DNA of 64,000 nucleotides, taken from Anthoceros angustus (Eukaryota > Plantae > Anthocerotophyta). The position numbers and the translations under genes are program-made. Positions 14,982 to 27,892 of this stretch are shown here, piece by piece (positions within the stretch are counted from its first letter, which is position 1; each line of letters starts with the position of its first letter). The notes below the pieces were generated by a model. The model was not told where the DNA came from, made no database searches, and was given only the letters and a program-made list of their open reading frames with translations. The stretch is from positions 186,001-250,000 of the forward strand of contig VJWM01000239.1 in NCBI GenBank assembly GCA_010909165.1. The letters run 5' to 3'.

Positions 14982-16506
14982 TCACTGCTGCTTTTCACGT
15001 CTGATGCTTCCTCTGCAGCAGAGTACCATCGACACGCAAACAGCCAACAGGTATCCTCCTATAGCGCCATAGCTACAAGAGATTGGCCAAGCCTGCAACC
15101 ATTCAAAAAGACAGTTGGTCACATGATGCGACCAGGGGTACAGGCCCCTCTTGCTTATGCTGAAGATCACCTGCCAGGGCCGATCCCAATCCAAAGGCAT
15201 GGGCCATGCTCCCACCCACGCCCCAAGAATCGCTCCGTGTGCAGGAACACAAACTGAAAATTCTAGTCCTCCCTTTGGCCTAGATTCATGTCCAGCGTGC
15301 AGAATGTTGCTCACCCATCATAACAATTTGGATCGTGCATTTGACGAAAACTACAAAGCCACATACATGATTTACCTTGTTTCACCAAAAAGGCGGCACC
15401 AGCTGGATAGTGATGGGCCTAATACAGAAGCAGCTGGTACAATCTACAGAAACGTTGAAAAGCACCTCATGATTGGATGTTGAAACAAAAGCCAAACAGT
15501 AATTAGTTTTACCAGAAGACAGGACAAGCAAAACAAGTACCCCGCCAGAACAACGTACCAACATTAGGCCTGCTGATGGTAGCAGTCATTATTTCCCATG
15601 CATTCTCATTACTATTAAACAATCCTCTGATCAGAAGCACGCACCACAAGCACGGACATGAGTGCCGCCCAGTGCAACGTCTTCCAAACATACCTGTGCA
15701 GAAGGGGTTCTAGTCAGAAAAAACTGACCAGAAGTATGCGTCGGTAGCAATGCTTTAGTAACTCAAGGCTAAAAAGGACCTCAAACTCACTGCAAAGAAA
15801 GGGGCACTCCGAATACTGTCGCAAAGAGAAAAGCAATAGCGATCCCTGTCAAACAGGAGAGTATTGTTGTGAGATGAAGTAATTGTGCGTCTAGGTCAGA
15901 TTCAAAACTTCAACAACCTTGGGATGCTCACTAACCAGCTGGGAAGCCCAACAATCCTTGAAGTAAAGCCTTGCAAGTCTGTGAACGAAAACCATCCCGT
16001 TTAGCCGTGAGATTGTTAAAGGTGACACAGATTTACGGAACACATGGAGCAAGAGTAGATTCCTCACCGATAGACTTGATAGATGACGAGCACACAGGCC
16101 GTAGGCAAAAATGAAGAAAGGCAAGACGAGCGCCTGCAACAAAGGAAAGGTTTAGACAGCGCATTGTGACCTCCGCGTAGTCACAAATGATGTAAGTGTA
16201 CCCCTTGTCATAAATTACTGCAAAGATCTCATGGAGATGATCAGGAACAGAAGGTATCAAGGCAACGGTTACCATGATGTACTGGAGTGCCTTCAGAGGA
16301 TGGAGGACGAGAGATGGGGCACCCAAGACTCCTATCACAAGTATCGATGCACAGCATGCCTGCAGTAACAAAACTATGACGAGGGAGAGTCCGTCTTCAC
16401 TTTTCAAAGCTTTGCCCCCACTACAGTTTCCTTCTTCCTCCTCCTTCAGTGCGTCCCCTTCCTGTATCTCCTTCTCTACCAGGGCTTTTAACAGAGGGCT
16501 ACACAT
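14982..16506 (-). CDS. PIGF: GPI-anchor biosynthesis protein PIG-F, multi-exon
   Basis: Exons encode YVWKTLHWAALMSVLV, IVPAASVLGPSLSSWCRLF, and PAHGAILGAWVGAWPMPLDWDRPWQ|AWPISCSYGAIGGY, the PIG-F signature. The start codon (16506) is less certain. Confidence 0.88.
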
Positions 16507-17061
16507 CCTGCACTGCAGACGGTGACAAAAAAACATCAACCGTACAAACCCATCAATACGGACGCGGCCACGACAAGATCGCACCACATATCTTCAATTT
16601 ATTACGTTTGTTGGACCCAAATGGAGCTCAAGCAGCCATAAAAGACTACCCGGCAACGATGAGCCCAAGCATGAAGCAGCCTTTCCACAGACTGACTAAA
16701 ACAGCCATACTGAGTAGGGCTACCTCACAATCTCTCTACCAAGGTTGTAACGGTCCTGGTCAATGTATTGACATGGACCTGACTTGAACCTTGGCATCAG
16801 CGCACAACGCCTTGCCCCTCTTCATAACAACAAAGCCCAAAACCCCTCGTCTGAGGTCTCCGACGAATATAGCAGTTGACAAAGCAATACCTGCTCCACT
16901 TCTCCCGCGGGTAAGACTTGTCATACAAAACAGGCTGAGGCGCCAGGAAGATGGAAAGAGGGCATCTCCCGCTAGCCAAGAGAACCCACAAGCTCACGCA
17001 GAAAGCGCACGCGGAGTTGTCATGAACACAATGAAGAAACTTCTACTCTCGACTCCAGCTT

Positions 17062-17069
17062 AAACCCTA
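17062..17069 (+). promoter_or_regulatory. Telo-box (AAACCCTA) in the divergent PIG-F / CCDC137-like promoter region
   Basis: Exact motif, next to an AGCCC/GGGCT inverted pair (17078-17099). Confidence 0.45.
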
Positions 17070-17197
17070 GCCCCTTAAGCCCTACTAATAGTACGGGCTA
17101 AAGACGGATTGCTGCAGGTCATCGACCATGTCTCACAGTCCAAGCCAATTGTCGGAGTAAGCCCATCCTTCGGAGCAGAGAAGAAGGGGCGAGGACA

Positions 17198-18367
17198 ATG
17201 GGAAGAGGAAAATCAGGGAGCAAGAAAGAAATCACCTTGAATGATGGACATGGAACGACATCCCGACTACCACCAGCTCCGTCAAGCAAGGACCTGTCCG
17301 CGGTTCCCAACAAGCTCAAGCGCATCATGCAGCTGACGCAGGCTATGTCAGAAGCGGGTAAGGCTCTTTTTTATGGCTTTCTTCATGGTGTTCTGATTCC
17401 TTGACTGTTTGACATCGAGAAAGCTCTGTTCTCAACAGCTCATGTGAATTTCTTGTGTCGCAGGTTCAGATGTTTCTAAAAGAAGGGATAGCCGGAAATC
17501 AGGGAATCGAATTGCTCCCGCCGTGAATGCGAAGAGTGGAAAGGTAGAGTTGCTATTGCTTAACCAACTCACTATTTCTGCTGGCTACACTAGTCACATC
17601 CCTCGCAATAGCATGGAGCTGGACTGGCAGAGCTGATCAACTTCCTGTTGGTGCAGCTTATGAGAGGTCGCAGGAAAGGTGTGTCGGAGACAAGCTCCAC
17701 AAAACTCGAGGCTGGAGAGAACTCAGAACCAAAGCTTGAGGATGGGCTTAGGCAGTCAGGTAAAGGTCAGGTTGACATTACCGAAGGACCTGGTAAAAAG
17801 AAACGCAAAAGAAAACATGAGGAGGATCTGCTTGCTCTAGCTGAGAAGTTCAAGGCCGTTCCTCCACGCCGGGGCCTTCAACCAAAGCGCAAACAGTACG
17901 TTACAGCTTCTCCGTCCTCCAACTTTTTGTTTGTGGGTTTCGCGTTTTTGTTTGAGACAGCTGGATCTTACTCGATGCGACGAACACGCAGATACTTGTC
18001 TCAGAAGAAGAAAAAGAGAAGGACGGGAGAGGAAACGGATGACGCTTTGCCTCTGAATGAGTATGAGAAGATTGAGTTTGGAGAGGTTGTCCAGGCACCT
18101 CCCAAGCTCTCGTTCCCGACGAAGGCAAAGGTGAGCTTAAGGACTAACGTTTTCTTTTCATTGCTCGAAGGACAGGATCTGACTTGCCACTCTCAACAAG
18201 CTTCTGTCTAACCAGCTCACTTTGCCTTGCAGCTAAAGGTGGACGCAGTCTCGCAAGAGAGAAAGAGGTTAGCAGCGATAGAAGCTTATAGGGCAAAGAG
18301 GAAGTGGGATTTCAGGACTTCCGCAGTTCCGTATCAAATTGAAACACGGCCAATTGATCAAATCTAG
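17198..18367 (+). CDS. Lysine-rich CCDC137-like protein, multi-exon
   Basis: MGRGKSGSKKE..; NLS-like KKKRKRK and KKKKRR; EKIEFGEVVQAPPKL motif; QERKRLAAIEAYRAKRKW; stop TAG 18365-18367. Confidence 0.65.
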
Positions 18368-18474
18368 AACAAATGATTATCAATGCAGAGGCTTTGTCCA
18401 AATATGTCTCGTCTCCATCTGCGGGCCCCCCGATGGACTATTGCCTCGGAGCTAAAAAATGTTTAGCGCATCCT

Positions 18475-19682
18475 CTACCTGATCGGCACTGGTCGCGCCT
18501 TCACAGGAAATTCAATCTCAATCAATCCTGTGATCCCTGCCTTCACTTTTTGGCCAGCCTTGACTGGCCCGACACCTGAGGGAGTACCTGAAGACAGTCA
18601 CATGGGGCATGATTAGAAGAACACCCATGCTGCAGCATTTCGGAGTTCGCAGGGAAGGATGAAGCCCACAAACCAGAGATGCAGTACCTGTAAGGATAAG
18701 ATCCCCCTCGTTCAGTGTCATAATGGAGCTGATGAACTCTATAAGAAAGGGAACTTTGAACATCATGTCATGTGTGTTGCCTTTCTGCTTTGTGACTCCA
18801 TCAACCTGTTTAGCCAGCCCACCACAAAAGCTGAGAGAAGAACCCATTGTGGCAGAAGCACAAGCTTCTTCTGGAGAAAGCCTGTGGAACTCACTTGCAA
18901 CCACAGCTCAAGATCATCGTCTGATGGTACATTCTTCTTCAAAATCTGCCAAAACGCAGCGGGAGTACGTTAGGTGAGTTCCCACCTACGAGCTTATCAC
19001 ATTTTTATGACGAGGCGGGATTTTAGAGACGCACAAAGTCGCTTATGGGAGTGAAAGTGTCGTATCCCTTGGCCACCGTCCAGGGCATCCCTTTAGCCTA
19101 CAGTACCAACAACGATGAGATGCCAACTCCGTTCCACCGACGGGAATTCCAAGCTCCATCTGATACAACAGTACCTTAGCAGCAGCCTGAATTTCCCTTG
19201 CTGTCATGTCCAGAGCAAGCAGGTAGCCTGTCACATAACACCTTGGACCTCAGCTCCTCACAAACTTGAATCCCATTCCCATCCTTCCTCAGCCCTTACC
19301 TGCCACATGCTCCATTGCATTCTCTCTTGCAATGTCGCGGCCCTCCTTGCCAATCACAACCCCCAGCTCCACCTCGTGATCCAGTGACTGCAGAGGGCGG
19401 GGGATCTCAATTGCTCCACCAACACGCACATACGAAGACGTGGGCTTCAGGAAGATGATGGGTTCCTGTCCAACGATCCAACCCCGGGAACCCACTTCAG
19501 CTTCAGCTTCAGATCGGTCTGATCATCAGCAGCTTGCACAAAGACGCAGGCTCTGGCCACAGGGAACATACCTTTGGCACAGCATTGCCCAGCTCCTTTG
19601 CATGTGCAGCGTAATTCCTTCCCACAGCAACAATTTTCGTTCCAACGTTCACCAGCTTGTTCCCAAGAGCCTGCGTTGCCAT
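18475..19682 (-). CDS. FAHD1: Fumarylacetoacetate hydrolase domain protein (acylpyruvase / oxaloacetate decarboxylase FAHD1)
   Basis: MATQALGNKLVNVGTKIVAVGRNYAAHAKELGNAVPK|EPIIFLKPTSSY..DHEVELGVVIG|GYLLALDMTARE|..WTVAKGYDTFTPIS|..GDLILTGTPSGVGPV..RPVPIR*. Confidence 0.95.
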
Positions 19683-20574
19683 GGTCGAGCGCTCTCAACA
19701 AGCCGGGCCTGGACTGGATCGCAGAACCAACCCTAACCGCGGGTTTGACGCATGGATGGACCACATGTACATCGGGTCATTCCAGGACGAGTCTGAAATG
19801 CATGGAACGCATGCTCCAGTTCTCCCACTGTCTTCCTTCTTCCTTGCAGACCCTTGCACTTGAAGCCCCTATCACATTCGAGCAAATTCCACCTAACTGA
19901 GATGAATTGGGACGAAAACGATGCTGGGCTTTGCTGCCCGGTCACAGAATTCGAGTTACTGACCAGCATCGCATTCGCCGGCATCTTCCTTGCCGCTCTC
20001 TCTCTTCCCCCCATGTAGTGGAAGATCCAAGCTGGCAAGGACTGCGCCAGTAGAAATGCTTGGGTGCACGCATCTCTGCTTCTTACCTTCGATTATCTTT
20101 TAACGTTCTGGGATACCAGCTGCCTCCGCTTCGCAGGTTGCTGTGCTAGCTGCGAGGTGAGCTCGATTGATGTAGGCATGACGTGTCGTGAATTGCATTG
20201 TAAGGCGATTGTGGTTTGGCACTCAGCACCAGTATCCTTCTCCCTCCCACTGCAGAACGTAGAGCGGAACGGCTGGGAGGAAGGAATGTCGGGAGGTGGG
20301 GGATTGAAGCCCGAAGATTTCATCAAGGGCGCTCTAAATGCGGTGGAATGGGCTGTCAAGGTAAGTTCTCCTCTCGTATCTCTGTTCCAATGTGCAGCCT
20401 AGCATCGTCATTGTAGGATTCAATTCTCTGGGACTGCTGCTCGATCCTTGTCAGTTGAACTGGTCGGCATGTTGTTGATCATTCCCAATGTGAATTTGCC
20501 AGAGTCACAAGATGATCTCTAGTACACACTGTCCCCATTGAAGTCTTCATCTTGATTCCCACAGCAGCTCCAGG

Positions 20575-21794
20575 ATGGGCTCTAATACAGTCGTACCATT
20601 CTGCTGGCAGGGTGTGCAAAGTTCTTTTGCAGCAGCCATCACCAGGTTGAATGATAAAAAACAGGGAGTAGGCAATGAAGGAGGACATGTCGAGGCAGTG
20701 AGGGCAGGCGCGGATGGTTCCCCCAAACCAGTGAAAGCTACCCTCGACGACGAGCTTGCTGCTTGGCGAAAGAATAGCTCCTGGACCGATCTTCCACCAG
20801 ACTTGGAGGTTTCTACCATCTCTGCTTGGATGAGTACTGCAAGACAAAGCTCCAGCTGGTGTCGTCTTCTTGCATTCTGAATGAGTGTAGTTCCGAGTGA
20901 AGGTTACTGTGCCCAAGGGCTCCCTGTGTCAACTACGCTCGGAATTCAGTGCTGGCATGCCACCTGATGCCGTCTTCAACATCCTGATTGATCCGGAGAA
21001 CAAACGTGTCTTCAAGGACGTGCAGGTGCAAGTGCCGTTGGTTCACTATTTACCTTTCGCAGCTGTAGCTTGGAAAGAGGGAGAGGTGACAAACGATCTG
21101 ATTGCCTCTGACAGGGAGTTACTTTCAGGGAGGTTGTGGAGGAGGATGGTGAAAGGCAGCTTGTTGAGATCGAGCAGTCTGCAATCTGGAGGTTTCTCTG
21201 GTTCTCTGGAACTCTGAATGTGCGACTATTCGTAGACCAGGATAGAGGATCACACACTGTAAGCACCCCTTCCATGCCCTGGCTGCACGATTGCACAGCA
21301 ATGCCTCACTGACATGGATCCACCACGCGCAGGTGAAGTTCTGGCTTGCAAAGCAAGGTTTCATGACAAAGTTCGAGGGCTCGTGGGAGATTGAGCCTAT
21401 CTACGTGGACGCTTACGAGTCGACCTCGACACCAGAAACGAAATCAGGAAGAGTTGCATCACGGATCAAACTGCAGCAGGAACTGCAACCTACACTCCTT
21501 CCCCCGCCACCCATTTCGTGGTATGTCCGGGAAATAACAAGGAAGTCCTTACAGAACCTTCTTGAAGACCTCCAAGCAGAAGGAAAGAGACTGCGAGAAG
21601 GTCCCCGGCTGGAGGAGGCAGCAGATGCACAATTGCTGCACCAGGTGAACCGGGAGCTGGAGGATTCTCCCGTTTTTCACAGGCAGTTGAAGCCGAGCTT
21701 GGGCAAAAACCCTGGAGCAAGCCGCAGGAAGGCAAGGAGGAGCCGGCTGAGAGACAAGGAATCCTCGTCTCCCAGAAAGAATGACCTAGAATGA
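20575..21794 (+). CDS. DUF220 (SRPBCC / polyketide-cyclase-like) protein; the N-terminus may extend to ATG 20286
   Basis: WTDLPPDLE|[32 protein letters not shown]|..[14 protein letters not shown]|..[23 protein letters not shown] matches plant DUF220 proteins as recalled. Confidence 0.85.
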
Positions 21795-22058
21795 CGCACC
21801 CAAAAACTCCTCCATTCCCATCTTCGCAGCACTTTGCAGTGTATTATGTGTATAGTGAATTTTTAGACTACCTTACCGCCAGCAACGATAACAGATTTGC
21901 CGGCAATTGTGCGAGCTTCGCAACGCTACTGGCTGTCCAATTCCATTGCCAGGATTGCGTCTGGCTCGACAAGTGGAGAGCTTTCGCGGTGGACAGCTGT
22001 TGGGTCGAATGGAAGCGAAGGGTTTTGACTATCTGGTCACGTTGTGGTGAAGCTCCAG

Positions 22059-25000
22059 CTGGTGTCGTCTTCTTGCATTCTGAATGAGTGTAGTTCCGAG
22101 TGAAGGTTACTGTGCCCAAGGGCTCCTGTGTCAACTACGCTCGGAATTCAGTGCTGGCATGCCACCTGATGCCGTCTTCAACATCCTGATTGATCCGGAG
22201 AACAAACGTGTCTTCAAGGACGTGCAGGTGCAAGTGCCGTTGGTTCACTATTTACCTTTCGCAGCTGTAGCTTGGAAAGAGGAGAGGTGACAAACGATCT
22301 GATTGCCTCTGACAGGGAGTTACTTTCAGGGAGGTTGTGGAGGAGGATGGTGAAAGGCAGCTTGTTGAGATCGAGCAGTCTGCAATCTGGAGGTTTCTCT
22401 GGTTCTCTGGAACTCTGAATGTGCGACTATTCGTAGACCAGGATAGAGGATCACACACTGTAAGCACCCTTCCATGCCCTGGCTGCACGATTGCACAGCA
22501 TTGCCCAGCTCCTTTGCATGTGCAGCCTAGCATCGTCATTGTAGGATTCAATTCTCTGGGACTGCTGCTCGATCCTTGTCAGTTGAACTGGTCGGCATGT
22601 TGTTGATCATTCCCAATGTGAATTTGCCAGAGTCACAAGATGATCTCTAGTACACACTGTAAGCACCCTTCCATGCCCTGGCTGCACGATTGCACAGCAA
22701 TGCCTCACTGACATGGATCCACCACGCGCAGGTGAACCGGGAGCTGGAGGAGGCAGCAGATGCACAATTGCTGCACCAGGTGAACCGGGAGCTGGAGGAG
22801 GATGGTGAAAGGCAGCTTGTTCCCCAAGAGCCTGCGTTGCCATGGTCGAGCGCTCTCAACAAGCCGGGCCTGGACTGGATCGCAGAACCAACCCTAACCG
22901 CGGGTTTGACGCATGGATGGACCACATGTACATCGGGTCATTCCAGGACGAGTCTGAAATGCATGGAACGCATGCTCCAGTTCTCCACTGTCTTCCTTCT
23001 TCCTTGCAGACCCTTGCACTTGAAGCCCGAAGATTTCATCAAGGGCGCTCTAAATGCGGTGGAATGGGCTGTCAAGGTAAGTTCTCCTCTCGTATCTCTG
23101 TTCCAATGTGCAGCGTAATTCCTTCCCACAGCAGCTCCAGGATGGGCCTGCTGCACTTACTCCAGTTCTCCCACTGTCTTCCTTCTTCCTTGCAGACCCT
23201 TGCACTTGAAGCCCCTATCACATTCGAGCAAATTCCACCTAACTGAGATGAATTGGGACGAAAACGATGCTGGGCTTTGCTGCCCGTCACAGAATTCGAG
23301 TTACTGACCAGCATCGCATTCGCCGGCATCTTCCTTGCCGCTCTCTCTTCCCCATGTAGTGGAAGATCCAAGCTGGCAAGGACTGCGCCAGTAGAAATGC
23401 TTGGGTGCACGCATCTCTGCTTGGATGAGTACTGCAAGACAAAGCTCCAGCTGGTGTCGTCTTCTTGCATTCTGAATGAGTGTAGTTCCGAGTGAAGGTT
23501 ACTGTGCCCAAGGGCTCCCTGTGTCAACTACGCTCGGAATTCAGTGCTGGCATGCCACCTGATGCCGTCTTCAACATCCTGATTGATCCGGAGAACAAAC
23601 GTGTCTTCAAGGACGTGCAGGTGAACCGGGAGCTGGAGGAGGATGGTGAAAGGCAGCTTGTTGAGATCGAGCAGTCTGCAATCTGGAGGTTTCTACCATC
23701 TCTGCTTCTTACCTTCGATTATCTTTTAACGTTCTGGGATACCAGCTGCCTCCGCTTCGCAGGTTGCTGTGCTAGCTGCGAGGTGAGCTCGATTGATGTA
23801 GGCATGACGTGTCGTGAATTGCATTGTAAGGCGATTGTGGTTTGGCACTCAGCACCAGTATCCTTCTCCCTCCCACTGTCTTCCTTCTTCCTTGCCGCTC
23901 TCTCTTCCCCATGTAGTGGAAGATCCAAGCTGGCAAGGACTGCGCCAGTAGAAATGCTTGGGTGCACGCATCTCTGCTTCTTACCTTCGATTATCTTTTA
24001 ACGTTCTGGGATACCAGCTGCCTCCGCTTCGCAGGTTGCTGTGCTAGCTGCGAGGTGAGCTCGATTGATGTAGGCATGACGTGTCGTGAATTGCATTGTA
24101 AGGCGATTGTGGTTTGGCACTCAGCACCAGTATCCTTCTCCCTCCCACTGCAGAACGTAGAGCGGAACGGCTGGGAGGAAGGAATGTCGGGAGGTGGGGG
24201 ATTGAAGCCCGAAGATTTCATCAAGGGCGCTCTAAATGCGGTGGAATGGGCTGTCAAGGTAAGTTCTCCTCTCGTATCTCTGTTCCAATGTGCAGCCTAG
24301 CATCGTCATTGTAGGATTCAATTCTCTGGGACTGCTGCTCGATCCTTGTCAGTTGAACTGGTCGGCATGTTGTTGATCATTCCCAATGTGAATTTGCCAG
24401 AGTCACAAGATGATCTCTAGTACACACTGTCCCCATTGAAGTCTTCATCTTGATTCCACAGCAGCTCCAGGATGGGCTCTAATACAGTCGTACCATTCTG
24501 CTGGCAGGGTGTGCAAAGTTCTTTGCAGCAGCCATCACCAGGTTGAATGATAAAAACAGGAGTAGGCAATGAAGGAGGACATGTCGAGGCAGTGAGGGCA
24601 GGCGCGGATGGTTCCCCAAACCAGTGAAAGCTACCCTCGACGACGAGCTTGCTGCTTGGCGAAAGAATAGCTCCTGGACCGATCTTCCACCAGACTTGGA
24701 GGTTTCTACCATCTCTGCTTGGATGAGTACTGCAAGACAAAGCTCCAGCTGGTGTCGTCTTCTTGCATTCTGAATGAGTGTAGTTCCGAGTGAAGGTTAC
24801 TGTGCCCAAGGGCTCCCTGTGTCAACTACGCTCGGAATTCAGTGCTGGCATGCCACCTGATGCCGTCTTCAACATCCTGATTGATCCGGAGAACAAACGT
24901 GTCTTCAAGGACGTGCAGGTGCAAGTGCCGTTGGTTCACTATTTACCTTTCGCAGCTGTAGCTTGGAAAGAGGAGAGGTGACAAACGATCTGATTGCCTC

Positions 25001-25652
25001 TGACAGGGAGTTACTTTCAGGGAGGTTGTGGAGGAGGATGGTGAAAGGCAGCTTGTTGAGATCGAGCAGTCTGCAATCTGGAGGTTTCTACCATCTCTGC
25101 TTGGATGAGTACTGCAAGACAAAGCTCCAGCTGGTGTCGTCTTCTTGCATTCTGAATGAGTGTAGTTCCGAGTGAAGGAAAGAGACTGCGAGAAGGTCCC
25201 CGGCTGGAGGAGGCAGCAGATGCACAATTGCTGCACCAGGTGAACCGGGAGCTGGAGGATTCTCCCGTTTTTCACAGGCAGTTGAAGCCGAGCTTGGGCA
25301 AAACCCTGGAGCAAGCCGCAGGAAGGCAAGGAGGAGCCGGCTGAGAGACAAGGAATCCTCGTCTCCCAGAAAGAATGACCTAGAATGACGCACCCAAAAA
25401 CTCCTCCATTCCCATCTTCGCAGCACTTTGCAGTGTATTATGTGTATAGTGAATTTTTAGACTACCTTACCGCCAGCAACGATAACAGATTTGCCGGCAA
25501 TTGTGCGAGCTTCGCAACGCTACTGGCTGTCCAATTCCATTGCCAGGATTGCGTCTGGCTCGACAAGTGGAGAGCTTTCGCGGTGGACAGCTGTTGGGTC
25601 GAATGGAAGCGAAGGGTTTTGACTATCTGGTCACGTTGTGGTGAAGCTCCAG
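22059..25652 (+). repeat. 3594-bp mosaic of direct-orientation fragments copied from 19577-22058 and 26273-26301, joined at 5-11 bp shared words
   Basis: A manual trace accounts for every segment; unique sequence resumes at 25653. Confidence 0.92.
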
Positions 25653-25690
25653 TCACAGGTGCATGCGTCTGTGCAAATCAAGGTGCGACT

Positions 25691-27892
25691 ATGGCTGCGT
25701 CCGAGGACATTGTAAGGGACGGCATAGCTTCTAGGATGGAGCACAATTCGCAGTTTCCTCTACCTCGGCCTTCGATTGGACCGGCTGCAAAGATCAATCC
25801 GTTCACCACCACCTTCAACGACAGTGTGCCGGAGATCATCAAGACAGTTCTCATGCTGCCAATATTTCTACTCCGCGTCATCCTTCTGGTGGTTCTCATC
25901 ATCATCTCATATATCTCAGTGAAGTTGGCGCTGATCGGAGTGAAGGATCCGCTGTTCAAGCCATTTCCTGCCTGGAGAAGAGCCTTGCTTCTGCCCATTA
26001 GGGTATGTGCCCGGGGATGCTTGTTCTGCTTCGGGTTCGTGTGGATCAAGGTGAAGGGCAAGCCTGCGAAACGGGAGCAGGCACCAATAATCGTGTCCAA
26101 CCACATATCTTTCGTGGATCCAGTGTTCGTCTTTTACAGGCATTTGCCTGTGATTGTGAGCGCAAAGGAGAATTTGGAGATGCCAGTGGTGGGAGTGTTT
26201 CTGCACGCCCTTCAGGTGCGTCCTGCCAGAGTTGCTGCTTGATTGCCCTGCTCGGATGATGTTCCAAAGGAGGGATGGGCCTGCTGCACTTACTCCAGTT
26301 CGTGCAAACGCAGATAATACCTGTGGACCGAGTGTCTCCAACGTCAAGGCGAGATGCAGCTGTGCAGATCAAGAAACGAGCAAGGGATAATGCGTGGCCC
26401 CATGTAATGCTGTTTCCTGAAGGGACGACCACAAATGGAAGAGCTGTTGTCAACTTTAAGACGGGGGCATTTGCTACGGGGTTGCCCGTGCAGCCCATGG
26501 CCATAAAGTACCCTCATAAGAACATCAACCCTGCGTGGGCGGATCACAATGTGCTCTATCTCGTTTTTCGTCTCATGACCCAAGTGATCAACTACATGGA
26601 GGTGAGACAGAGTTGGCACGAGCCTTTCTGACTGAAGTTTTGACATGCTTGCTTGCGCCTTCTTTCTTTGTTTCCTTCTTTCCTTCCTTCTTCTGATTGC
26701 ATTTTCCTCCAGGTCATGGTTGGGCTGCTGTGTGGACAGAGTTTTCAGTCTGCTGTTCAAGGGTGTCTAACATGTGTCAGGAAAAGGGAGTTCTCATAGA
26801 AATGTTCAGGTGGAGTATCTTGCAGTCGTTGAACCAACAGTGAAGGAAATGAAGGATCCTCATGAATTTGCTGAAAGAGTCCGAGGAAACGTGGCCAAAT
26901 CACTCAATGTTTCTTGTACAGACCACACGTTTTCAGATGTGAAGTTGGCCACGGCTGCTGCTAAGTTGAACATCCCAGCAGGGCGTTCTTTGGTTGAATT
27001 TGGGCGGATGGAGAAACTTTTCCGTCTAGATTTAGAGTCCGCCAAGCAGTACCTGGAGAAATTCAGCGCCATGGATGTCACCCACAGGTACCGAGCATGC
27101 ATACCCTGGTGGTTTACGATAGAAAGCGTTTTTTTTCGTGTCATGAGGAGGAAGGTACTGACTTGACCAGCATGAGTGTTTTTGGTCGCCAGTGGTTTGC
27201 TCACGGTTGAGGAGTTCCTTGGAGCTCTGGATCTGCCCCTAACACCTTTCACCTTACGAGCGTTCCACCTGTTTGACAAGTCTGAAAAGGGTTACATCAA
27301 TTTCCGGGAGGTACGTTTGCTTTTTATTTGAGAAGTGGCAATGGGTCTTGCAGGTAGTGGGGTCGTGTCTTGATTGCACATGTCAAATGCAGTTTGTTGC
27401 AGGACTAGCTTTCATCTCCAAGCACACTTGTTTCGCGCAAGCCATAAAGGCAGCATTTCATGCTTGCGACGTGGACGGGAACGGGCAGCTTACAAGAGCA
27501 GAGGTGGAGAGAAGTATCCGGAGTATCTTCCCAGATTTCCCAGATAACAAGGTATAGTCGTCCGCCGCTGCTAGTCCACTCGACCTGACCTCGAGCCTAT
27601 TCTGCGGTGTTGACATGTGTGCTTGCCGAAGAGGGAGCATAGCTACCAGCTAGCTTCACAAACATGGTTGAGGGTAGGAAGAAAGGGTGAGTGATCCTGT
27701 GAGGTGGGTTTTGACGTTTTGACTTGATGGCCGCAGATAAGCAACCTGTTCGAGAGCTTGGATATGGACCGTAATGGGTTAATCGAGTGGGATGAATTTC
27801 GGCAGTTCCTGCAAAGAAACCCCGAGTACTTGGTGGTGATCATGTCTGCGAGGCCTGATTTTCTGGAGAACCCTGCAGCTACGTCAAGCTGA
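25691..27892 (+). CDS. LPEAT2: Lysophospholipid acyltransferase with C-terminal EF-hands (LPEAT2/LPCAT type)
   Basis: HX4D motif NHISFVD, FPEGTTTNG, and EF-hand loops DVDGNGQLTRAE and DMDRNGLIEWDE; stop TGA 27890-27892. Confidence 0.88.

Noticed and set aside
19680-19863. Plus-strand ORF starting at the CCATGG palindrome that also holds the FAHD1 start codon
   Set aside because: Short, with no recognisable homology; a palindromic start context is expected by chance.
21700-21794. Alternative DUF220 C-termini in copy 1 vs the mosaic copy (25300-25344)
   Set aside because: They differ by a single A in a homopolymer; most simply a consensus error, and I cannot tell which is correct.
22059-25652. 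Ciliate-style scrambled gene with pointer sequences
   Set aside because: An intact, ordered DUF220 gene lies immediately upstream, and the pieces are redundant rather than a single-copy partition.
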